NCBI GenBank assembly: GCA_011374975.1 | Contig: DRNU01000186.1 | Coordinates: forward strand, 14,437-78,436 | Direction of reading: 5' to 3' | Length of the DNA stretch: 64,000 bases | Origin: Gammaproteobacteria bacterium | GTDB lineage: Bacteria; Pseudomonadota; Gammaproteobacteria; DSM-19610 | Part shown: piece by piece, positions 9,191-19,209 of the stretch | Layout: every line of letters begins with the position of its first letter | How positions within the stretch are numbered: position 1 is the stretch's first letter | The notes under the pieces: model-generated | Told to the model about the DNA's origin: nothing | What the model saw: the letters and a program-made list of their open reading frames with translations, nothing else | Database searches by the model: none | Program-made: the position numbers and the translations under genes

Positions 9191-10102
9191 ATGTCAAGAC
9201 TCTCAACAGATGCTGCCCTGGACCAGCCATTTGACTGGTCGATGCTGCCCAGGCAACTCTGCAATCTCTTCAAACTCCGTATCGGTGTCGTCATGGCGCT
9301 GGTTTCCGTGGTGACACTGGTCGTGACCCCGGGCCCGGCAATTCCCGCCTGGCAGGTGCTGGTACTGGCGCTGACCGTATTACTGGCAGCCAGCAGTGCG
9401 GGCGCCTTCAACCAGTACTATGAAACCGACATCGATGCGCGCATGCGTCGCACCAGTGACCGGCCTTTTGTCACCGGTGCCTTTGCACACAACCGCTGGT
9501 GGCTGTTGCTGATCGGCGCCATGCTGCTGGTCGGCGTGGGCGCGGCCGGCTGGCTCCTGAACGGCATGGCTGCCCTGTATATCTTCCTGGGCGCCTTCTT
9601 CTATGCCATCGTCTACACCGTGTGGCTGAAACGCCGCACCTCGGTAAACATCGTGATCGGCGGTGCCGCGGGCAGCTTTGCCGTGCTCGCCGGCGCAGCC
9701 GTGGTCGATCCCGGCCTGGGACCGGTACCCGTTATCCTGGCCATGGTGCTGTTCCTGTGGACACCGCCCCATTTCTGGAGCCTGGCTATCGCCCGGCACA
9801 AGGATTACGAAGCGGCCGGCGTCCCCATGCTGCCGGTCAGGGTCGGCAACGCAACTGCCGCCAAGGCGGTACTGGGTAACACACTGCTGCTGGTAGGGAT
9901 GTCCGTGCTGCCATTTTTCTTCGGCCTCGGCTGGCTCTACCTGGCCGGCGCCCTGCTCGGGGGCGGATATTTCATTTACCGCAGCCTGCTGCTGGTACAG
10001 GACGCCTCGCCGAAAAACGGTATGCGCGCCTTTTTCGCCTCGCTGGTTCAGCTGGTCGTTTTGCTGGTGTTTGCCGTGCTCGACGCCCAGCTGATTGGCT
10101 GA
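9191..10102 (+). CDS. ctaB: Protoheme IX farnesyltransferase (heme O synthase)
   Basis: LFKLRI, NQYYETDIDARMRRT..RP, YTVWLKRRT, LWTPPHFWSLA, DY.AAGVPMLP. Confidence 0.93.
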   Translation: MSRLSTDAALDQPFDWSMLPRQLCNLFKLRIGVVMALVSVVTLVVTPGPAIPAWQVLVLALTVLLAASSAGAFNQYYETDIDARMRRTSDRPFVTGAFAHNRWWLLLIGAMLLVGVGAAGWLLNGMAALYIFLGAFFYAIVYTVWLKRRTSVNIVIGGAAGSFAVLAGAAVVDPGLGPVPVILAMVLFLWTPPHFWSLAIARHKDYEAAGVPMLPVRVGNATAAKAVLGNTLLLVGMSVLPFFFGLGWLYLAGALLGGGYFIYRSLLLVQDASPKNGMRAFFASLVQLVVLLVFAVLDAQLIG

Positions 10103-10142
10103 TAACGTAGCACGACATTTTCCGCCTCCGAGGCACCCGGCC

Positions 10143-10994
10143 ATGCGTTATCCGTCAAAATCCCTTGTCCTGCTTGCCGGGTTTTTCTGTGCGGCCTTTT
10201 TCCAGACGGCCGGCGCAGAACCCGCACCGGCCGGTGGCAACGCCCAGCTGGATGCCATCAAGGACTTCCAGTACAAGGAAGCGCTGCAGCGCAGCCAGGA
10301 TGCCATCGGCAACCTGCTCGGCGACTATGCGCTGACCGACGAGAAAGGCCACGCCCTGTCCCTGAGCGACCTGCGCGGCAAGCCGCTGGTGTTGAGCATG
10401 ATCTACACCAGCTGCTACCAGATCTGTCCCATGACCACCCGCCACCTCGCCAAAGTGGTCGACAAGGCCCGGGACGCACTGGGACACGACAGTTTCAACG
10501 TGGCCATACTGGGCTTCGACGCCTATAACGACAGCCCGCAGGCCATGATCCAGTTCGCCAGGAAGCAGAGCATCGACAGCCGCGGCTGGCACCTGCTCAG
10601 CGCCAGCCCGGACACCATCAATGCCCTGAGCAAAGAGCTGGGATTCGAATTTTTCGCTTCACCCAACGGCTTCGACCACATCACACAGGCCACGGTGATC
10701 GACGCCGAGGGGCGCGTCTACCGGCAAGTGTACGGCGAGGTATTCGATACCCCGTTGCTGGTGGAGCCCCTCAAGGACCTGGTGCTGGGCCAGCCCAGGC
10801 CGAACCAGACCCTGCTGTCCGAGCTGATCAACAAGGTACGTTTCTTCTGCACCACTTACGACCCGGCGCGGGATGCCTACCATTTCGACTATTCCCTGTT
10901 TATCGGTATGGCTATCGGCGCCTCCATTATTCTCATTGGCATCGTTTTGCTGATACGCGAGGTCAGGCATGGCCGGCGTGCCGCGGGCACTTGA
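10143..10994 (+). CDS. SCO-family copper chaperone with C-terminal TM extension
   Basis: Signal peptide; YTSCYQICP (CxxxC) plus FDH; C-terminal CTTYDP..Y.FDYS and a TM helix. Confidence 0.88.
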   Translation: MRYPSKSLVLLAGFFCAAFFQTAGAEPAPAGGNAQLDAIKDFQYKEALQRSQDAIGNLLGDYALTDEKGHALSLSDLRGKPLVLSMIYTSCYQICPMTTRHLAKVVDKARDALGHDSFNVAILGFDAYNDSPQAMIQFARKQSIDSRGWHLLSASPDTINALSKELGFEFFASPNGFDHITQATVIDAEGRVYRQVYGEVFDTPLLVEPLKDLVLGQPRPNQTLLSELINKVRFFCTTYDPARDAYHFDYSLFIGMAIGASIILIGIVLLIREVRHGRRAAGT

Positions 10995-11112
10995 GGCATA
11001 TCAAGGACGCCCGGTACTGCACTGATTATCCTCGCCTTGCAGGGCGACTGGACAACCTTAATGTGTGAGCAGCCTGTATCGCCACACCTGTGAAACTCGA
11101 GAGACTTACACT

Positions 11113-12687
11113 GTGAGCAAACGCGTTAATCCCATCAAGCGTAGTTACCTTCTGCTTGAGGACTGGTTCAATGTCTCTTTCGGCCCGGACTGGAACCCGC
11201 TCTATCACCTGGGAACACTGGCCTTTTTCTTCTTCTGGGTGGTGCTGGTCAGCGGCATCTACCTGTTCATCTTTTTCAACACCAGCATCTCCGGCGCCTA
11301 TACCTCGGTGGAGTACCTGACCCACGATCAATGGTATGCGGGCGGAATCATGCGCAGCCTGCACCGCTACGCCTCGGATGCCGCCGTCGTCACGATCCTG
11401 CTGCATATGTTCCGCGAGTTCTCCCTGGACCGCTACCGTGGCTTCCGCTGGTGGTCCTGGCTGACCGGCGTGCCGACCCTGTGGTTCGTTATCACCCTGG
11501 GCATTACCGGCTACTGGCTGGTGTGGGACGAACTGGGGCTGTATGTGGCGGTGCTCTCTTCCCAGCTCATGGACTCGCTGCCGGTGATGTCCGGCTCCAT
11601 GGCGCGGGATTTCCTGGCGGGACAGCTCACCGACCGGCTGTTTACCCTGATGGGCTTCCTGCACCTGCTGGGACAGCCGATACTGTTGATGTTCGCCCTC
11701 TGGATCCACGTCAAGCGGCTCTCCCACGTCGAGGTCAGCGCCCCGCGCGGCCTGGCCGTGGGCAGTTTCATCGCGCTGCTGGTCCTGTCCCTGCTGGCAC
11801 CGGCAACCAGTCACGGGCCGGCGGACCTCAGCCGGGTACCGGCCGTGCTGAACCTCGACTGGTTCTATCTCAATGTCTATCCCCTGCTCGACAAATGGAC
11901 CGCGGGGGAAGTCTGGATACTGACAACGAGCGTTACCCTGCTGCTGATGCTCATGCCCTGGCTGCCGCCGAAGAAAACCGGGGCCGCGGCCGAGGTTCAC
12001 CTCGATAACTGCAATGGCTGCGGCCAGTGCGCCGAGGATTGCCCCTTCGACGCCATCTCGATTCAGGCCCGCACCGATGGGGCGCGCTGGGATCACGAGG
12101 TTGTGGTCAATCCCAACCAGTGCGCCGCCTGTGGCATCTGTGTCGGTTCCTGCCATTCCTCCAACCCCTTCCGGCACGCGCAGAAGACGCTTGAAACCGG
12201 CATCGACATGCCGCAGTTCCCGATCGACGAGGTACGCACACGTACCGAGACCGCACTGGCCGCGCTCACTGGCGACACCCGGATTATTCTGTTCGGCTGT
12301 GACAATGCCATCGATATCGAACAGTTCCAGTCGCAGGACGTCGCCGTGCTGAGCCTGTTCTGTACCGGCATGATCCCGCCGACGCTGGTCGAATATGCAC
12401 AGAGAAAGGGAGCCGACGGGGTTTTTATCACCGGCTGCCGTACCGGTGACTGCTACTACCGCCTGGGCAATGCCTGGCTGGACCAGCGCTTCGAAGGCAA
12501 ACGCAAACCGGCTCTCCGGCAACGCGCGAAGCGTGACCGCATCACCATCTACCGCGCCGCCGAGACCGATACCGCCCGGCTGCGCCGCAAGCTTGCTGAA
12601 TTCCAGCGTGACATAGCGGCGCGGAAACAGGCGGATGTCGATGCCGGGTCAACGACCGACAAGGCGCAGGAGGTCAGTGATGCCTGA
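11113..12687 (+). CDS. Fusion protein: cytochrome b/b6-like domain + 2x[4Fe-4S] ferredoxin + MvhD/FlpD-like [2Fe-2S] domain
   Basis: His pairs RSLH-x13-H and FLH-x14-H, ITGYWLVWD, LDWFY; CNGCGQCAEDCP and CAACGICVGSC; FGC..CTG..GADGV.ITGCRTGDCYY..GN. Start uncertain (GTG 11065 or 11113). Confidence 0.85.
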   Translation: MSKRVNPIKRSYLLLEDWFNVSFGPDWNPLYHLGTLAFFFFWVVLVSGIYLFIFFNTSISGAYTSVEYLTHDQWYAGGIMRSLHRYASDAAVVTILLHMFREFSLDRYRGFRWWSWLTGVPTLWFVITLGITGYWLVWDELGLYVAVLSSQLMDSLPVMSGSMARDFLAGQLTDRLFTLMGFLHLLGQPILLMFALWIHVKRLSHVEVSAPRGLAVGSFIALLVLSLLAPATSHGPADLSRVPAVLNLDWFYLNVYPLLDKWTAGEVWILTTSVTLLLMLMPWLPPKKTGAAAEVHLDNCNGCGQCAEDCPFDAISIQARTDGARWDHEVVVNPNQCAACGICVGSCHSSNPFRHAQKTLETGIDMPQFPIDEVRTRTETALAALTGDTRIILFGCDNAIDIEQFQSQDVAVLSLFCTGMIPPTLVEYAQRKGADGVFITGCRTGDCYYRLGNAWLDQRFEGKRKPALRQRAKRDRITIYRAAETDTARLRRKLAEFQRDIAARKQADVDAGSTTDKAQEVSDA

Positions 12688-13183
12688 TTTTCTGCGTTAC
12701 CCCTTGCAGGTACTGAACTACTCACTGTTCATGCTACTGGTATGGTATTTCTCCGCCGCACCACCGTACGCGCAACTGCAACCGGACCAGGCCGTCATTA
12801 CTGTGGCATTTGCCCATGCCGGCGAGCGTATAGAAGAATGCCGCAAACTGTCACAGAAAGAACTGGCCAGCCTGCCGCCCAACATGCGCGCGCCCATGGA
12901 CTGCCCGCGTGAACGCTCGCCCGTCACCGTGCACCTGCTGCTGGACGGCAAGCTGCTGCTTGAGGAAGTTGCCCGTGCACCGGGCCTTTACAGTGACCTG
13001 GGTGTCGATATCTACCGCACCGCCAAGGTACCCGCGGGGAAACATACCCTGTCCGTGGAAATGAATGACAATGTGCGCGTGGAAGGCCCCACGTTCTCGC
13101 ACGAAGAAGAGATAGACCTGAAACCGACTCAGCTGCTGGTGGTCGATTTCAATTCGGATACAGGCAAGTTCGTCATCAAGTGA
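12680..13183 (+). CDS. Hypothetical membrane-anchored protein with two Cys
   Basis: RBS AGGAGG; start overlaps the upstream gene end; N-terminal TM; ECR..LPPNMRAPMDCPRERS. Confidence 0.8.
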   Translation: MPDFLRYPLQVLNYSLFMLLVWYFSAAPPYAQLQPDQAVITVAFAHAGERIEECRKLSQKELASLPPNMRAPMDCPRERSPVTVHLLLDGKLLLEEVARAPGLYSDLGVDIYRTAKVPAGKHTLSVEMNDNVRVEGPTFSHEEEIDLKPTQLLVVDFNSDTGKFVIK

Positions 13184-13205
13184 ACGCCTGCGGAGACAGC
13201 GTTAT

Positions 13206-13463
13206 TTAATTACCCGGGACACCTTTGTTATCCCCGGCCGCCTGATCAACCCGGGCGCCTTGCGTGGCAACAGCCGGTTCCGGAACCGGTTGCAGGTACT
13301 GGATCAGGTTAAAGAGACTCACAGACAGGACGAGTATAATCGCGAAAAATATCACTGAACGGTTGTCAAAACGTTCGCCACGCCTGGCCTCGATCCGGTT
13401 GAGAATCCAGTCGGAAACCACGTAAAGAAATATCGCGGCGATCGTGTAATAAAGCATTTCCAT
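13206..13463 (-). CDS. Small two-TM hypothetical protein
   Basis: MEMLYYT..LYVVSDWILNRIEARRGERFDNRSVIFF; two hydrophobic helices; ATG at 13463. Confidence 0.7.
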   Translation of the reverse strand: MEMLYYTIAAIFLYVVSDWILNRIEARRGERFDNRSVIFFAIILVLSVSLFNLIQYLQPVPEPAVATQGARVDQAAGDNKGVPGN

Positions 13464-13533
13464 TATCGGCACCCAATACCAGGTCAGACTGTTTCCAAAA
13501 GGATACCACAATGCCCAAAACAGAAAACAGACG

Positions 13534-13920
13534 GTGGAACCCGAACCAGTGATCGCAAAAGACATCCACGTTTCTTTCGTGGTCATCACTTTTGTTCTGT
13601 TTTTTGTCCGGGGTATCTGGATGATCGTTGATGCGGATATCCTGCAGCGCAAGTGGACCCGGCGGCTGCCCCCGGTGATCGACACCATACTGCTTGCAAG
13701 TGCCATCGTCCTGTCTGTCACCATCCACCAGTATCCTTTCGTGCACGCCTGGCTGACAACCAAGGTCGTACTCCTGTTTCTCTATATCGGTCTTGGCATG
13801 CTGGCGCTGACCTACGGCAAAACCAAAACCATCCGCATAAGCGCCTGGATTGCAGCCCAGCTCTGTTTCTTCTATATCGCCGCCGTGGCAATCACCAAAA
13901 ACCCCCTGGTACTGTCGTGA
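13534..13920 (+). CDS. SirB2/YchQ-family membrane protein
   Basis: K.IHV..V..T..LFFVRG, P..IDT.LL.SA, WL..KV..L..YI.LG family pattern. Confidence 0.85.
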   Translation: MEPEPVIAKDIHVSFVVITFVLFFVRGIWMIVDADILQRKWTRRLPPVIDTILLASAIVLSVTIHQYPFVHAWLTTKVVLLFLYIGLGMLALTYGKTKTIRISAWIAAQLCFFYIAAVAITKNPLVLS

Positions 13921-14918
13921 AAAACATTATCCACTCTGCCTGTATCCCCGCCCTGCTCGCCCTGCTCACCGCCTGTGGCAACCCCAACCAGCGCCTGGAT
14001 GAACATGTCTTCTATGACGGGCCTCAGATCCAGCTGAAAGTTGTGCGTTACTACCGCAATATCCCGTTCAACCAGCTGGGCGAACACGCCGTTGTGATGT
14101 GCCGCTCGGAAAACACCGCGGCGTTCCCGGCAGACGAACAGCAGGATGCCGGCTGGCGCATGCTGGGAGCGGGCGATGCCCATGGCAGCAAGACTGCAGA
14201 GGAAGCCGCGCTCGAGGTAAAGGATGACTATGAAGTGCTGGACGAGCACATCCTGGTAGCCAAAATGAATGTTTTCAATATCAGCTTCGATGCCTGCGGG
14301 CACTTTACCAACTGGGATCCGAGCCGTTTGCCGCAGAGCCTGATCAACCCGCTGAAAAAACCGGACTCCTGTGCGCCCAATGGCCCGGCCGACTGCCGCT
14401 ACTACGATTTCGAGGGCGAACGTGCACCGCGTTACGAGAATATCCGCGTGACAGGTGACGGCCAGGTCAGCTTTACCGCCAGCACCCCGACCTTCAGGGA
14501 CGTTGAGTTACTGCGCGTTCAAACCGGAAACAACGGTGGCGTATGGCATGTAGAGACCATTGGCACCGACAAGCGGCAAGTGGATCCTGCCACCCTTCGC
14601 GCACTGCCCGTGTCGTTGCTGGAAAGCGGGACGGGTAACAGCAGCCTGGCGGAATGGTTTGAATCCGTGCTGCCCCCCCGCAGTATGGTGGTCTGGCCGG
14701 AGACATTGACTGACTGCGGCAAACAGAGCTGCGCTGCGATTCGTTTCAACGACAGCAAGGGGAATGGCGGCACTCTGGAAATCGCCCTGGACACGGCCCC
14801 TGAAGGCAAGCCGGGGCCGGCTTCATTTCATTCAGGCAGTTATCGCTCGGGAGAACAGGCCCGGCCTGTCGACTCACTGACGGACTTGCGCAAGATCCTG
14901 TCTGACAGCGCGAAATAA
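13917..14918 (+). CDS. Hypothetical lipoprotein
   Basis: GTG overlapping the upstream stop (GTGA); lipobox LTAC; no family recognised. Confidence 0.72.
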   Translation: MKNIIHSACIPALLALLTACGNPNQRLDEHVFYDGPQIQLKVVRYYRNIPFNQLGEHAVVMCRSENTAAFPADEQQDAGWRMLGAGDAHGSKTAEEAALEVKDDYEVLDEHILVAKMNVFNISFDACGHFTNWDPSRLPQSLINPLKKPDSCAPNGPADCRYYDFEGERAPRYENIRVTGDGQVSFTASTPTFRDVELLRVQTGNNGGVWHVETIGTDKRQVDPATLRALPVSLLESGTGNSSLAEWFESVLPPRSMVVWPETLTDCGKQSCAAIRFNDSKGNGGTLEIALDTAPEGKPGPASFHSGSYRSGEQARPVDSLTDLRKILSDSAK

Positions 14919-14926
14919 CTTTCGCC

Positions 14927-15379
14927 TCAGCTCAGTCCCTTGCCCAGGAAGAACTCCCTGTACTTGTAATCGATCTCGTTGATGTGATGATACAGCCAGT
15001 CCCACAGCAGGCTGCTCATTTTCTTCTTGAACTTGATGTTCCGGTTATTGATCTCTGACTGCATCTTCAGCATCTCAGCAGTGAACTTGTCGTGCAGCTT
15101 CTTGTGCGCGGCATAGTCCGGGTAGCCGTGCTCGCGCATCAGCGCTTCTTCCTCTGAAAAATGTTTTGCCACGTAGCGCATGATCTTGCTCAACAGCGCA
15201 TCGATACGGCGCCAGTCCTGGTTAGTAGGTTCCCGGTCTGACAACTCATCCACAATCAGGCTGAACTCCACGGCATAACTTGCCAGGCGCAGGTGCTGTT
15301 TATTGATCTCGGCGATACCCACTTCTTTCAGCAGGCAATGCGATGTATCTTTGGAAGCAGAACTCTTGAAACCGAACAT
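14927..15379 (-). CDS. Bacteriohemerythrin
   Basis: RBS GGAGG; GI.EIN.QH, HF.EEE.LM, YP...HKKLH, W...HI...D. Confidence 0.9.
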   Translation of the reverse strand: MFGFKSSASKDTSHCLLKEVGIAEINKQHLRLASYAVEFSLIVDELSDREPTNQDWRRIDALLSKIMRYVAKHFSEEEALMREHGYPDYAAHKKLHDKFTAEMLKMQSEINNRNIKFKKKMSSLLWDWLYHHINEIDYKYREFFLGKGLS

Positions 15380-15507
15380 GGTGTACCTCCGACACAGATT
15401 TCGACCAGGCGCCGGGCCGGACTGCCAGCCGGCACGCCTGCAATTTTCCGCAGGCATAATACTAGCATAACGCCTGCCGGGATTCGCTTCAGCCTGCGGG
15501 CAAGGCG

Positions 15508-16269
15508 CTAACTATGGACATAAGCCCATCCGTCGATCAACTCCGTATGGCCACCGTACAGACGTTGCGGATACATTTGCGTGGGCCAGTACACAAAGAC
15601 ATCGTGGTTCAGCAGGCCGGTCGGGCAATTGATACGCAACTCCCAGCCGGCGCCCTGTACACGCCGACGCCCGTCGGGCGGCCCGAGCAGTGATTCGAAG
15701 ACATCCACGGGCATACCGTGCAGGCGGTAAGTCTCGGACAGGTCCAGCGCCATACCGATACGGTTCACGGCAGCTTTCCAGCGCTCCGGGTCGAACGCCT
15801 CCGGCTCACGGCCTTTCGGCATCCGGTCGATCAGCGCGCTGGAAATTTTCCCCTTCGCATCCAGGTTGAACACCAGGATCGCGTGATCAGGATCACCGTC
15901 ACTGTATCGACTCTGCCCGGCGTAGGGCTGCCCCTGCCGCGAACCCAGGTCGTACCACACGATCACCCCCTGTTTATGTGTGAGAGACCGGTATTCGTAA
16001 CTGTTGCAGCCCTGTAACCCTGTCGCTGGAATGCTTTCCAGGTACCGCGGGATAATATCGGCCAGGGCTGCCGGCGGATGTCCGATGGCTGAGGTATACG
16101 CGCTTATGGCGAGGATCAGGGGCTCGGCACGTACCGCCGCGGCCTGGAAACGGGTCTTGCGCGCTTCCCAGTCCCGGGCCGCATCACGTTCCGGCAACAC
16201 CAGGTACGCCACACCGGCGAACACAACGGCCAGTGTGAGCGACACAAACAGCTGGCGCGTCACTTTCAT
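15508..16269 (-). CDS. Hypothetical protein with N-terminal membrane anchor
   Basis: 253-aa ORF, hydrophobic N-terminus, 1-bp overlap with the upstream gene. Confidence 0.7.
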   Translation of the reverse strand: MKVTRQLFVSLTLAVVFAGVAYLVLPERDAARDWEARKTRFQAAAVRAEPLILAISAYTSAIGHPPAALADIIPRYLESIPATGLQGCNSYEYRSLTHKQGVIVWYDLGSRQGQPYAGQSRYSDGDPDHAILVFNLDAKGKISSALIDRMPKGREPEAFDPERWKAAVNRIGMALDLSETYRLHGMPVDVFESLLGPPDGRRRVQGAGWELRINCPTGLLNHDVFVYWPTQMYPQRLYGGHTELIDGWAYVHS

Positions 16270-16670
16270 CAGTCAAACTTTTGTGCCAGGAAAAGTGCTT
16301 TTATCTTGTCCACCGCCTCTTCATCTGCCGGAAAAAAGGTCGCCACCATGACGAACTTCCCGTTACGGGCCTGGCCGGACAATTTGTCATTTTTCAGGGA
16401 TTCCTGCAAATTCGCCTCCGCTTTCGCGGCATCCTTGAATCTGAACAGGGAGATAATGCGGGTACTCGCGTACTTGGCTATCGCATACTCCGCAACATAG
16501 TCCATATCCTCGTTGAAAGGCGGCCTGATCAGCACTGACCCGTCCACGCCGTTTGCCTTCAGTTCTTCAATAAATGCACTTAATTCAGCAGGCGTTCCCG
16601 CCCCCTCCTCCCTGCCACAGCCGGTCAACAGGAGCAGCGTTACGAACAGACTTACCAGGAAATTCTTCAT
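16269..16670 (-). CDS. Hypothetical lipoprotein
   Basis: Lipobox LTGC after a typical signal peptide. Confidence 0.72.
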   Translation of the reverse strand: MKNFLVSLFVTLLLLTGCGREEGAGTPAELSAFIEELKANGVDGSVLIRPPFNEDMDYVAEYAIAKYASTRIISLFRFKDAAKAEANLQESLKNDKLSGQARNGKFVMVATFFPADEEAVDKIKALFLAQKFD

Positions 16671-16815
16671 CTTTGTTTATCCTTGCGAAACCTGGCCGGA
16701 CCAGGATATCCCGTATTTTCGTAAATTGGGCCTGTAAATACAATTCCAGCCCCTTGACTACACCGGGCCGGAGGATTCTCATAGGCGGTACAGCATCTCC
16801 GGAGGGACAGGCTCA

Positions 16816-17283
16816 ATGCACAGCACCAACAACTGGCTGATACACGAACACTCGATGTACGAGAGCCTCCTGTCCCGCTGCGCAGAGGCAGCCGAAACCG
16901 AGGACTGGAAGACCGTCGATTCGCTGTTCGAGAGAATGGTATCCCACCTGAAACGGCATATGGCCCTGGAAGAGGAGGTACTGTATCCCGCTTATGAAGC
17001 CGAGGCGCATGCACCACAGGGACCGACAGGGTCGCTGCGGGAGGAACACGACCAGATTGTCCGTCTTGTCACCGATATGGCACGCATCATAAAAACCCGG
17101 GATTCGGATCACGTGACTGAATGCCTGGAGCACCTGGAAAAGCAAATGATAAAACACCATGAAAAGGAAGAGGATATCTTTCTGCCCATGGCAAGCTACA
17201 TCCTGGAGGCCAAACGCGAAGTGATTTCACGACAACTGGCTGAATTCGATGCAGCGAATGTAACACGCAAGTGGGACATCTGA
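16816..17283 (+). CDS. Hemerythrin-like (HHE) domain protein
   Basis: EH, HM..EE..LYP, EH, HH.KEE pattern; RBS GGAGG. Confidence 0.87.
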   Translation: MHSTNNWLIHEHSMYESLLSRCAEAAETEDWKTVDSLFERMVSHLKRHMALEEEVLYPAYEAEAHAPQGPTGSLREEHDQIVRLVTDMARIIKTRDSDHVTECLEHLEKQMIKHHEKEEDIFLPMASYILEAKREVISRQLAEFDAANVTRKWDI

Positions 17284-17294
17284 ATACGACAAAA

Positions 17295-17324
17295 TAACGG
17301 GGAGGGGGATTCCCCTCCCCGTTA
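17295..17324. terminator. Hairpin between convergent hemerythrin and nirS genes
   Basis: Perfect 13-bp stem TAACGGGGAGGGG/CCCCTCCCCGTTA. Confidence 0.82.
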
Positions 17325-17357
17325 CAACAAAGACCTGATCCGGCCTACTGCACCTGA

Positions 17358-19106
<1,749 letters not shown>

Positions 19107-19161
19107 TTATTGGTTACTTATCCCCCAAACTGCAACCTACATATATCCATGTGCGTTGACC

Positions 19162-19175
19162 TTGATTAAAGTCAA
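19162..19175. promoter_or_regulatory. FNR/DNR box upstream of nirS copy 1
   Basis: TTGAT-TAAA-GTCAA. Confidence 0.85.
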
Positions 19176-19209
19176 GACTTTTGTTGATACAGGCAGGCGA
19201 AGAAGATTA

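Noticed and set aside
11113-12687. Annotation as bc1 petB or as a hydrogenase subunit
   Set aside because: No Rieske, cytochrome c1, hydrogenase large subunit or HdrA genes in the window; the domain combination fits neither.
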